This document shows positions 6,830-12,966 of a stretch of 18,324 nucleotides of DNA, one piece after another (the stretch's first letter is position 1; each line of letters begins with the position of its first letter). Source of the DNA: Candidatus Iainarchaeum sp. (lineage in GTDB: Archaea; Iainarchaeota; Iainarchaeia; Iainarchaeales; GCA-2688035). The notes under the pieces are model-generated. The model did no database searches and had not been told where the DNA came from. It saw only the letters and a program-made list of their open reading frames with translations. The stretch spans positions 1 through 18,324 of the forward strand of contig JAQTNI010000028.1 of NCBI GenBank assembly GCA_028713935.1. The letters are read 5' to 3'. The position numbers and the translations under genes are program-made.

Positions 6830-6897
6830 AAAAAGGCTTTTCTTTGCCCTCTGCAAAGAAAACCCTGGGAAAGAAAGCATTTTTCCTTGAAAAATGC
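6830..6897 (-). terminator. Terminator-like region after gltX: two hairpins followed by a U5 run
   Basis: On the minus RNA, downstream of the gltX stop (6931), there is first the hairpin GCAUUUUU-CAAGG-AAAAAUGC (6897..6877). Next comes the repeat-family hairpin (6866..6834). UUUUU (6834..6830) follows immediately. Confidence 0.4.
6834..6877. repeat. Repeat family copy 2 (opposite orientation to copies 3-5)
   Basis: The plus strand reads AGGC-TTTTCTTTGC-cctct-GCAAAGAAAA-CCCT. This is a 10-bp stem, a C.C mismatch and 3 closing bp. GGGAAAGAAAG (6867..6877) follows. Confidence 0.75.
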
Positions 6898-6930
6898 GGG
6901 CTTGCCAAATTTTTTTTCCCTGCAAATTGC

Positions 6931-8595
6931 TTAACTGTGGGCCCAGAATAGCACTGCCTTGTTTTCTTTTAACTGGTCTATTCTGCAATAACCGAATTTT
7001 TCAAGGTAAACAATTTCGCCTTGTTTTTTTTCAAGTATTTTGTTGTCAACAAAGCCCGCAATCATTCCTTTCGGAGTCCATATTTCTGTGTCAATGCTTT
7101 GCTCTTCAAGCAGCCAGTGTATTACTGGGAATTCTCCCGGGCTTTTTCCAAGCCATTCCGCAAATGCCTGCAAGGGGTCTTTTTTCACCATGCGCGCGTT
7201 ATAGGCGTTTCTTATGCGCACAATTTTTCCAATTTCAATTTTGTCAATTTCTTTTTTGTCAACCAAAAATGCCTGTGAGCCCTGTTTTAATTCAAATTCT
7301 TTTCCATCAATTTCCGCAATTGCTTTTTGCGCAAATCCCACTTCAAGTCTTATTGGTTCGGTCAGGAAAGCTATTCTCTCGGCGCTTGCAACAAATTTTT
7401 TGTTCAAATCAGCAATTTTTTTGAATTCAATTGTAGTGTCTGAAGTTTTCAGGCCAATTTCAATTATTATTTCCCTTATTGTTTCTGCCTGAAAGCCTCT
7501 TCTTCTTAATGCCATTAATGTTCCCAGCCTTGGGTCTGAGTAACCCAAAAAATCTTTTTTTTTCATCAGGGCATTTATCCTGCTTTTGCTTAACAGGCCA
7601 ATGTCGCTTTTCACCCTGCCGGTGTGAATTGCATTCGGATATTCCCAGCCAAAATATTTGTACAAAAATTTTTGTTTTTCCGCATTCTGCGCATGTTCCT
7701 GCCCCCTTATTATGAGTGTTACTCCAAGTTCGTGGTCGTCAATTGCAGATGCAAAATTATAGCTCGGCCACAAGTGCCTGTCACTTGCTTTTGGGTGCTG
7801 TGGCTTGTCAACTATTTTTGCTGCCCACCAGTCCCTTATGCTTGGGTCCTTGTTTTGCAGGTCTGTTTTTATCCTTAATACGGCCTGGCCTTCCTTGTAT
7901 TCATGATTAAGCATTTTTTCAAATCTTTCGAGATTTTCTTTTTTTGGCAGTTCCCGGCAGGAACAGGCAATGGCTTTTGCTTTTTTCTTTTTCCATTCTT
8001 CATTGTCGCATGTGCAGACATATGCCTGTTCTTTTTCAATTGTTTTTTTCATGTACTCATAATACAATTCAAACCTGTCAGAGGCCCTGTAAATCGCATC
8101 GGGCTTTATTCCAAGCCATTCCAAGTCCTGTAAAATCAGTTCTTCGCCTTTTTCAAGAGGCACTTTTATTTTTGGGTCTGTATCATCAAACCGCAGAAAA
8201 AATTTTCCATTGTATTTTTTTGCAAGGTCATGGCTTAAAATTGCCTGCCTTGCATGGCCCAAATGCATAACTCCTGAAGGATTTGGCGCAAATCTCGTGA
8301 TTACTTTTCCGCCTTTTTCCGCAAATTCAAGGTCAGGCAGGCCTTCCCTTTTCGGCTTTGGTTTTAATTCATAACTATTTTCAAATTTTTTGTATTCCTT
8401 TTCTATTTCAGAAAAAGCCATTGAATTTACTTTTCTCACTGCTTCCATTATTTCAGGCATTGCTTTTTTTATGTCCTCGCCTTTGTGCAGTGCAATTATT
8501 TTTCCCACTACTGCGCTTGCATCTGCCTTGCCATTGTGCGAAAAAGCGTTTTTTATTGCATAACGGTAAGCGTCTTCAATTATTTCTTTTGCCAT
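6931..8595 (-). CDS. gltX: Glutamyl-tRNA synthetase, archaeal type
   Basis: 554 aa. RFAPNPSGVMHLGHAR carries the HIGH-type motif and LLSKS is the KMSKS-type motif. The N-terminus DAYRYAIKNAFSHNGKADASAVVGKI is the usual archaeal GluRS N-terminal helical domain. Confidence 0.9.
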   Translation of the reverse strand: MAKEIIEDAYRYAIKNAFSHNGKADASAVVGKIIALHKGEDIKKAMPEIMEAVRKVNSMAFSEIEKEYKKFENSYELKPKPKREGLPDLEFAEKGGKVITRFAPNPSGVMHLGHARQAILSHDLAKKYNGKFFLRFDDTDPKIKVPLEKGEELILQDLEWLGIKPDAIYRASDRFELYYEYMKKTIEKEQAYVCTCDNEEWKKKKAKAIACSCRELPKKENLERFEKMLNHEYKEGQAVLRIKTDLQNKDPSIRDWWAAKIVDKPQHPKASDRHLWPSYNFASAIDDHELGVTLIIRGQEHAQNAEKQKFLYKYFGWEYPNAIHTGRVKSDIGLLSKSRINALMKKKDFLGYSDPRLGTLMALRRRGFQAETIREIIIEIGLKTSDTTIEFKKIADLNKKFVASAERIAFLTEPIRLEVGFAQKAIAEIDGKEFELKQGSQAFLVDKKEIDKIEIGKIVRIRNAYNARMVKKDPLQAFAEWLGKSPGEFPVIHWLLEEQSIDTEIWTPKGMIAGFVDNKILEKKQGEIVYLEKFGYCRIDQLKENKAVLFWAHS

Positions 8596-8631
8596 CCAAA
8601 CCAGCGTTTAATTTGTTGTTAAAACAGGAAA

Positions 8632-9387
8632 TCAGTTTTTTCCCTGTGCCCATACTTTGTCAAAATAGTGCCTGAACGCGTTTGCCATGGGCTTGTTTTC
8701 GTGCCAAATAGTGAAGTGATATTCGGGCTTTTCCTTTTTAAAATCGCTTAATGCAAGGATTACTTTTTTGTCGTCAATTATGAATGCATTCAGGCCATGC
8801 TCAACCTGCTTAAATTCCTTGACACTTTTTTTCAGGCTTTCGCTTGGAAAGCTGTTCAATAATCTTATTGCAACATTTTTTCCCTTTGCTTTTTCAAGGG
8901 CGTCTTTTAGGACAGTGTGCTTGTCGGAAATTTCAGTGAAACCCACTATTGTGCCCTCTGCCTTTTCAAGCTCTTGCGCCAAAATTCTTTCAAAATCATG
9001 CTTGTCCTTTACTTTTATGACTGACTCAGATTTTACCTCTCCAATGCCTTTGCGGGTGTTTGCAAGGCCATTCTTCATTTCTTTTACCTGGCTTTCAAGA
9101 TCTGACAAATGGCTTTTCCTCTCCGCAACAAGCGAATCAAGGACCTGTGGGGCATCAATTACCCTGTATTTTTTGGGGCGCACCCTAATTTCAATTACAA
9201 GCTTTTTTTCAATAAGTTTTTCCAATACGTCATAAACCCTTGTTTTTGGCACTTGTGCAAGCCTGCTGATTTCCGGTGCTTCTGCCTCTCCAAGGCCAAA
9301 AAGCGTTGAAAGAGTTTTGCTTTCATACTCTGTCAGGCCAAGATTTGCAAGCAAGCCATTCAATTCAGCGTTATTCAAAAAAATCAA
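8632..9387 (-). CDS. TrmB-family transcriptional regulator (winged HTH plus C-terminal domain)
   Basis: LGLTEYESKTLSTLFGLGEAEAPEISRLAQVPKTRVYDVLEKLIEKKLVI is a TrmB-type HTH. There is no ATG near the N-terminus. Candidate starts are TTG 9387 or TTG 9378. Confidence 0.75.
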   Translation of the reverse strand: MIFLNNAELNGLLANLGLTEYESKTLSTLFGLGEAEAPEISRLAQVPKTRVYDVLEKLIEKKLVIEIRVRPKKYRVIDAPQVLDSLVAERKSHLSDLESQVKEMKNGLANTRKGIGEVKSESVIKVKDKHDFERILAQELEKAEGTIVGFTEISDKHTVLKDALEKAKGKNVAIRLLNSFPSESLKKSVKEFKQVEHGLNAFIIDDKKVILALSDFKKEKPEYHFTIWHENKPMANAFRHYFDKVWAQGKN

Positions 9388-9438
9388 CTTCCAAAAACCG
9401 TTTTTCAGGTTTTTCTATTATATTCTTGAACCTTCAAA

Positions 9439-9446
9439 TATTTAAA
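9439..9446 (-). promoter_or_regulatory. TATA box candidate (TTTAAATA) for the TrmB-like gene
   Basis: The same octamer as upstream of rpl7ae lies ~52 nt upstream of the TTG start at 9387, in a 130-nt spacer. Confidence 0.4.
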
Positions 9447-9517
9447 TTTACCTTGGGCAGTTAATAGGGGAATTTGAGCTGTTTTTTTGTTTTTATAATT
9501 TGCAATACTCAGTTCTT

Positions 9518-10321
9518 TCAAACTTCAAATTTTATTGCCGCATATCCTACTACCTTGCTTTTGTCGCCTGTTGCTGTTGCAGAAGAATCGTATTTTAAAA
9601 GTGAGGCTTTTTTGAGTTTTTTTTTCCTGCAATACTGCATTGTTGCTGTTATAGGGCAGAAACCGCAGATGCTAAGGTTTTTTTCTTCCACTTCTTTGTA
9701 AAATCCTTCGACATCAATTTTTTTGATGAATTCAATTGCTTTCAGGTCTTTTTCCATTGCGTTTTCCAATGGCAGAAAATGGCTGAAATCGGAAGAAGCC
9801 ACAATTGAACTTTTTTTTTCACTGCAGATTTCTGCAAGCGCATTCCCAAGCTTTTTCAGTTCTTCAAGCCTGTTTTCCATTATGCAGATGGGCAGTATTT
9901 TTGCTTCTGGAAACAGGAATTGTATGAAAGGAAGCTGGACTTCAATGCTGTGTTCTTGTATGTGTGCAGAATCATCTGCTTCTATTCCAAGCTTCTGCAA
10001 TAATTTTTTTCGCAGTTCTGAATCAACCCGGATTTTTCCCAAAGGCGTTTCCCAATAATCCGCTTCGCTTATTGCAATTTGTTTTCCAAGGCCTGTGTGA
10101 TTCGGCCCGAGCAGGATTATTGTTTCCGCTTTCTGCAATTCTGAAAATGCTATTGCCGCTGTCTGCCCAGAGTACTGGTAGCCTGCGTGCGGTGCAATTA
10201 TTGCAAAACTTTTTTTTCCGCTTTTTCCTGTTTTTTTGAAAAAATCAGTTAATTGTTTTTCCAGGGCTTCTTTTTTTGCAGGATAAAAAATGCCTTTTAC
10301 TGCGGGTTCCCTAATATTCAT
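9518..10321 (-). CDS. Memo-like protein (AmmeMemoRadiSam system protein B family)
   Basis: 267 aa. MNIREPAVKGIFYP..., IAPHAGYQYSG, ILLGPNHTG and SSDFSHF match the MEMO1/UPF0103 family. ATG 10321 is 2 nt from the rps2 stop (TGATTATG), implying translational coupling. Confidence 0.85.
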   Translation of the reverse strand: MNIREPAVKGIFYPAKKEALEKQLTDFFKKTGKSGKKSFAIIAPHAGYQYSGQTAAIAFSELQKAETIILLGPNHTGLGKQIAISEADYWETPLGKIRVDSELRKKLLQKLGIEADDSAHIQEHSIEVQLPFIQFLFPEAKILPICIMENRLEELKKLGNALAEICSEKKSSIVASSDFSHFLPLENAMEKDLKAIEFIKKIDVEGFYKEVEEKNLSICGFCPITATMQYCRKKKLKKASLLKYDSSATATGDKSKVVGYAAIKFEV

Positions 10322-10323
10322 AA

Positions 10324-11049
10324 TCAGTAGCTGTCTTCGCCTCTTCTTTCAAAAGGCCTTCTTCTGAATGGCTTTTTTCCTAATTGTTTTTTGCCCCTGC
10401 CTTTTGCCTGCTGGGGTTTTTCTTCAAGCTGCCTTTCTTCTTCGCCTGCCTTTAATTGGTATTCAAATTCTTCAGCCTGCATTGTGAATTCTTCGTCTTT
10501 TTTTATCATGCCTTTCAGTTTCAACAGTTCCCTTGCAAGCAGCCAGAATACAAGTGCAATGCTTTTTCTTCCCTTGTTGTTTATTGGGATAATAAAATCA
10601 ATGTTTGAAAGGTAATTGTTTGTTGAGCACAATGCAATTACCGGAATTCTTTTTTTTACTGATTCTTCTATTGCCTGCTTGTCATATTCGGGGTCAGTGA
10701 TTATTATTGCATCGCATTCCAGGAAGCCCCTTGCGTTCGGGTTTGTGAATGTTCCGGGCATGAATCTTCCAGTCAAAAATTTTGCGCCTGTTGCTTCTGC
10801 AAATTTTTTTACTGCTGCATGCCCGTATGTTTTTCTTGAAACAGCCATTATTCTCGGCAGTTCGTAATTGTTCAGGAATTCTGCTGCCATTCTTATTCTC
10901 TTGTCAATTGTTTCAACGTCGAGCACTTTCAGGCCGTCTTTTCTTGCCTTGAAAATGTATCTCTGCATGTCGCCTGTCTTGAACCTTGTGCCTATGTGCG
11001 ACCCTGTTTTAAGGTACCTTTCCAATGGCAATAATGTTTTTTCTTCCAT
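10324..11049 (-). CDS. rps2: 30S ribosomal protein S2 (uS2) with charged C-terminal extension
   Basis: LLPLERYLKTGSHIGTRFKTGDMQRYIFKARKDGLKVLDV and ITDPEYDKQAIEES match archaeal uS2. The last ~45 aa are a low-complexity E/K/R/Q tail. Confidence 0.93.
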   Translation of the reverse strand: MEEKTLLPLERYLKTGSHIGTRFKTGDMQRYIFKARKDGLKVLDVETIDKRIRMAAEFLNNYELPRIMAVSRKTYGHAAVKKFAEATGAKFLTGRFMPGTFTNPNARGFLECDAIIITDPEYDKQAIEESVKKRIPVIALCSTNNYLSNIDFIIPINNKGRKSIALVFWLLARELLKLKGMIKKDEEFTMQAEEFEYQLKAGEEERQLEEKPQQAKGRGKKQLGKKPFRRRPFERRGEDSY

Positions 11050-11064
11050 TCAACCACACTTGTC

Positions 11065-11259
11065 CTACTTCTTATATTTCATTATGTCATCAATCAAATC
11101 AACATGTGTCAGGAGCATTCTCCTGCAGCAGTATCTTGTTATGCCCATTTCGTCAAGGACTTTTTCGGCATTTTCCCCCAAATTCACTCTTTTTACAAAA
11201 TCCTCGTAAAAGCTTGCCAATATCTTGCCGCACGAAAAGCATCTTACAGGCACCATCAT
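11065..11259 (-). CDS. rpo10: DNA-directed RNA polymerase subunit Rpo10 (N)
   Basis: [12 protein letters not shown]...YCCRRML is the RpoN zinc-binding signature. GGAGGA at 11272..11267 sits 7 nt upstream of ATG 11259. The ORF-track TTG at 11274 overlaps that SD. Confidence 0.9.
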   Translation of the reverse strand: MMVPVRCFSCGKILASFYEDFVKRVNLGENAEKVLDEMGITRYCCRRMLLTHVDLIDDIMKYKK

Positions 11260-11280
11260 AAAAAATTCCTCCAAAAATTC

Positions 11281-11335
11281 TTTTCTTTTCCCAAGGCTTC
11301 TTTTCCCCAGGCTTTTCTTTCCAAGAAAAGGCTGG
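11281..11335. repeat. Repeat family copy 3, with two tandem third arms
   Basis: The minus strand reads CCAGCC-TTTTCTT-GGA-AAGAAAA-GCCTGG (8 bp, C.C mismatch, 4 bp). Next come G-GAAAAGAA (exact mirror of the right arm), GCCTTGG and GAAAAGAAAA. It lies in the rps9/rpo10 spacer. Confidence 0.75.
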
Positions 11336-11336
11336 C

Positions 11337-11762
11337 TTATCTTTTGCTTTTTTGCTTGTGTTTCCTTGCCCCTGTTCCCAATGGTTTTTTTGTTTCCTTT
11401 TTTCTGGGGTCGTCAACAAGCAGCAACCTGTCATAAGCCAAAAAATTTTTTTTAAGTTTTTCATCTCCAAAATATTCGTCAAGCGCTTTTGCAATTGCTG
11501 TCCTTGCGGCTGTTGCCTGGCCCATAAATCCTCCGCCATGGGCAAAAATTTCAATGTTGACTTCTTTTGCAAGGCTTCCCGCAATTTTAAGGGGCTCTTC
11601 GACAAATTCTTTTACATAAGGGGGATAGTAATTCTGGAGCAGGGTTTTGTTCACTCTCATTATTCCTTTTCCTTTCCTGATTACTGCCCTTGCAACGGCT
11701 TTTTTCTTTTTTGACTTTACATTCAAGCCGGTTTTTGTTTTTTTGTTTTTCTTTTTTGCCAT
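11337..11762 (-). CDS. rps9: 30S ribosomal protein S9 (uS9)
   Basis: 141 aa. [19 protein letters not shown] and the C-terminal [22 protein letters not shown] are typical of uS9. Confidence 0.93.
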   Translation of the reverse strand: MAKKKNKKTKTGLNVKSKKKKAVARAVIRKGKGIMRVNKTLLQNYYPPYVKEFVEEPLKIAGSLAKEVNIEIFAHGGGFMGQATAARTAIAKALDEYFGDEKLKKNFLAYDRLLLVDDPRKKETKKPLGTGARKHKQKSKR

Positions 11763-11784
11763 TCTTGTTCACTTGCCTTTTTTT

Positions 11785-12204
11785 TCAGAATTTTGCGCCC
11801 AATAACTTGCAAATTTCTCCCAATACGACAAATTTTTTAAGGTTTTTTGGCTTTGCATCGCCTGCTTCAAAATTGCTTTTTTTGCCTGCTGGAGCGCCAA
11901 TGCAGACCATTACATTCCTGAGCGCTGTTATTCCGCGCCTGGTTTTTGGCAGCATTTTTCTTATTGAATTCCTGAGTATCTTGTCAGGCATTCTGCTGAA
12001 CTGCGGGCCTTTTTCAGGGTTGCCTTTTCCGTGCATTCCCATCCAGCGCTTGAATTTTTTCAGTGTTACTTCCTGGCTTCCGGACATTATTGATTTTTCG
12101 GCATTAAGCACTTCAACCTGTTTTCCTTCAAGGGCTTTTTGTGCCGCTATGCTTGCAATTCTTCCAAACACAAGCCCTTCCGCATCAATAACAATTTTTT
12201 CCAT
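11785..12204 (-). CDS. rpl13: 50S ribosomal protein L13 (uL13)
   Basis: MEKIVIDAEGLVFGRIASIAAQKAL matches the uL13 N-terminus. An upstream in-frame ATG at 12213 would add only 3 aa. Confidence 0.9.
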   Translation of the reverse strand: MEKIVIDAEGLVFGRIASIAAQKALEGKQVEVLNAEKSIMSGSQEVTLKKFKRWMGMHGKGNPEKGPQFSRMPDKILRNSIRKMLPKTRRGITALRNVMVCIGAPAGKKSNFEAGDAKPKNLKKFVVLGEICKLLGAKF

Positions 12205-12216
12205 AAAAACCATTTT

Positions 12217-12582
12217 TTATTTTACAATTGCCATTTCTTTTGGCTTGATTTTTTTTTCAAGCGCTTCCATGAATGTCATTGCAGTGCCTTTTTCCAAAAT
12301 TTTTTTCTTTGCATCTGCACTGTATTCCAATGCAATGACATGCACTGGCCTGGTTAATTCGCCGAATCCCAGCACTTTTCCCGGCACAACCAGAATTTTT
12401 TTTTCAATTATTTTTGAAAGTTTTTCTATTTTCCACACATTGATTGAAGCCCTCTGCCTGCGCGGCTTTGCAATTCTTTCCGCAAGGTCAAGCCAGATTG
12501 CCTCTTTGCTTTTCCTGTAATGCTTTTCCATTTCCGCAATTATTTTTTTTGTTTCAAGTTTTGCGGGGCCTGTGACTTTCAT
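12217..12582 (-). CDS. rpl18e: 50S ribosomal protein L18e
   Basis: 121 aa. IWLDLAERIAKPRRQRASINVWKI and VVPGKVLGFGEL match L18e, and it holds the conserved position upstream of rpl13. Confidence 0.85.
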   Translation of the reverse strand: MKVTGPAKLETKKIIAEMEKHYRKSKEAIWLDLAERIAKPRRQRASINVWKIEKLSKIIEKKILVVPGKVLGFGELTRPVHVIALEYSADAKKKILEKGTAMTFMEALEKKIKPKEMAIVK

Positions 12583-12639
12583 TTAAACCACTTCAAATTC
12601 CATTTTAAAATAATTTTTTTTTGTTTTCCAAAAATTCAA

Positions 12640-12703
12640 GTTTCTTTTTCTTTTAGGCAACTTGCGCTTTTCTTTTTCTTTCTCAAAGAAAAAGAAAAGG
12701 GCA
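12640..12703. repeat. Repeat family copy 4, fused to the tRNA-Leu 3' trailer
   Basis: The stem is a perfect 15 bp: CTTTTCTTTTTCTTT (12667..12681), ctc, AAAGAAAAAGAAAAG (12685..12699). A mismatch (12666/12700) and 3 closing bp (12663-12665/12701-12703) follow. The third arm lies at 12640..12654 and reads AAAAGAAAAAGAAAC on the minus strand. Confidence 0.8.
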
Positions 12704-12750
12704 GTGCAGAGGGGAGGATTCGAACCCCCGAAGGCACTAAGCCACGGGAT

Positions 12751-12871
12751 TGCTCCAGGCTTTTTTCAAATACTGCTCTTGAGAAATTTTTTTTGTGTTA
12801 GCAATTCTCCAAAATTGCGAAGCAATTTTGTTTCTTTCCCAAGGCTTTCTTTGCTCCGCAAAGAAAGGCTT
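12751..12871 (-). other. tRNA-Leu intron (121 nt)
   Basis: It is delimited by restoration of the anticodon stem. It contains a repeat-family hairpin (12871..12841) plus its third arm (12840..12831). It also contains a second hairpin, CAAAAUUGC-UUC-GCAAUUUUG (12830..12810). Confidence 0.8.
12831..12871. repeat. Repeat family copy 5, inside the tRNA-Leu intron
   Basis: The minus strand reads AAGCC-TTTCTTTGC-GGA-GCAAAGAAAG-CCTT (10 bp, C.C mismatch, 3 bp), followed by GG-GAAAGAAAC. It is close in sequence to copy 2 read on the plus strand (roughly 34 of 41 aligned positions by eye). Confidence 0.8.
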
Positions 12872-12931
12872 CTTAAGTCCCGTCCGTTTGACCGCTCCGG
12901 AACCCCTGCAGGAAATTGCCTTGTTGCAGTT

Positions 12932-12941
12932 TAATAATAAT
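12932..12941 (-). promoter_or_regulatory. TATA box candidate for tRNA-Leu
   Basis: The minus strand reads ATTATTATTAAA at about -32 to -21 relative to tRNA position 1 (12909), which is the expected archaeal TATA distance. Confidence 0.45.
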
Positions 12942-12966
12942 TTTTCCATTTTTTCAGCCTTTTTTT

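Larger units (their letters stand above)
12705..12909 (-). tRNA. tRNA-Leu (anticodon UAA), class II, with a 121-nt intron at the canonical 37/38 position; CCA not encoded
   Basis: Hand-folded structure. The acceptor stem is GCAGGGG/CCUCUGC (one G.U) and the discriminator is A. The D arm is CCG(G)-AGCGGUCAA-(A)CGG. The anticodon stem CGGGA/UCCCG is perfect once 12751..12871 is removed, and the loop is CUUAAGA. The long variable arm is U-GGC-UUAGU-GCC-UUC. The T arm is GGGGG-UUCGAAU-CCUCC. A tRNA-Leu between rpoD and rpl18e fits my recollection of other archaeal clusters, which I could not verify here. Confidence 0.85.

Noticed and set aside
6794-6988. 64-aa minus-strand ORF between gltX and rpl7ae.
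   Set aside because: It starts inside the gltX 3' end in another frame. It then runs through the two hairpins, the U-run and the AT-rich promoter region. It has no SD and no recognisable motif.
11153-11605. Minus-strand 150-aa ORF spanning the rps9 3' half, the spacer and the rpo10 5' end. Similar nested minus ORFs lie at 11587-11772, 13097-13306, 13855-14079, 14416-14613, 15769-15957 and 4921-5121.
   Set aside because: They are out of frame inside well-supported conserved genes, or run across a repeat-filled spacer. They have no SD and their K/R/G-rich composition is typical of frame-shifted purine-rich coding sequence.
3065-12871. Possibility that the recurring hairpin repeats are a CRISPR array or remnants of one.
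   Set aside because: Copies are kilobases apart and separated by essential genes. They differ in length and orientation, and no cas genes or regular repeat-spacer periodicity exist in the window.
12751-12871. C/D-box sRNA encoded in the tRNA intron, as I recall for the tRNA-Trp intron of some euryarchaea.
   Set aside because: No RUGAUGA (C box) or CUGA (D box) motif occurs on the transcribed strand of the intron.
12737-12949. 70-aa minus-strand ORF (MEKLLLNCNKAISCRGSG...).
   Set aside because: It covers tRNA-Leu exon 1, most of the intron and the tRNA promoter. The tRNA fold explains the region fully, and no coding signal is present.
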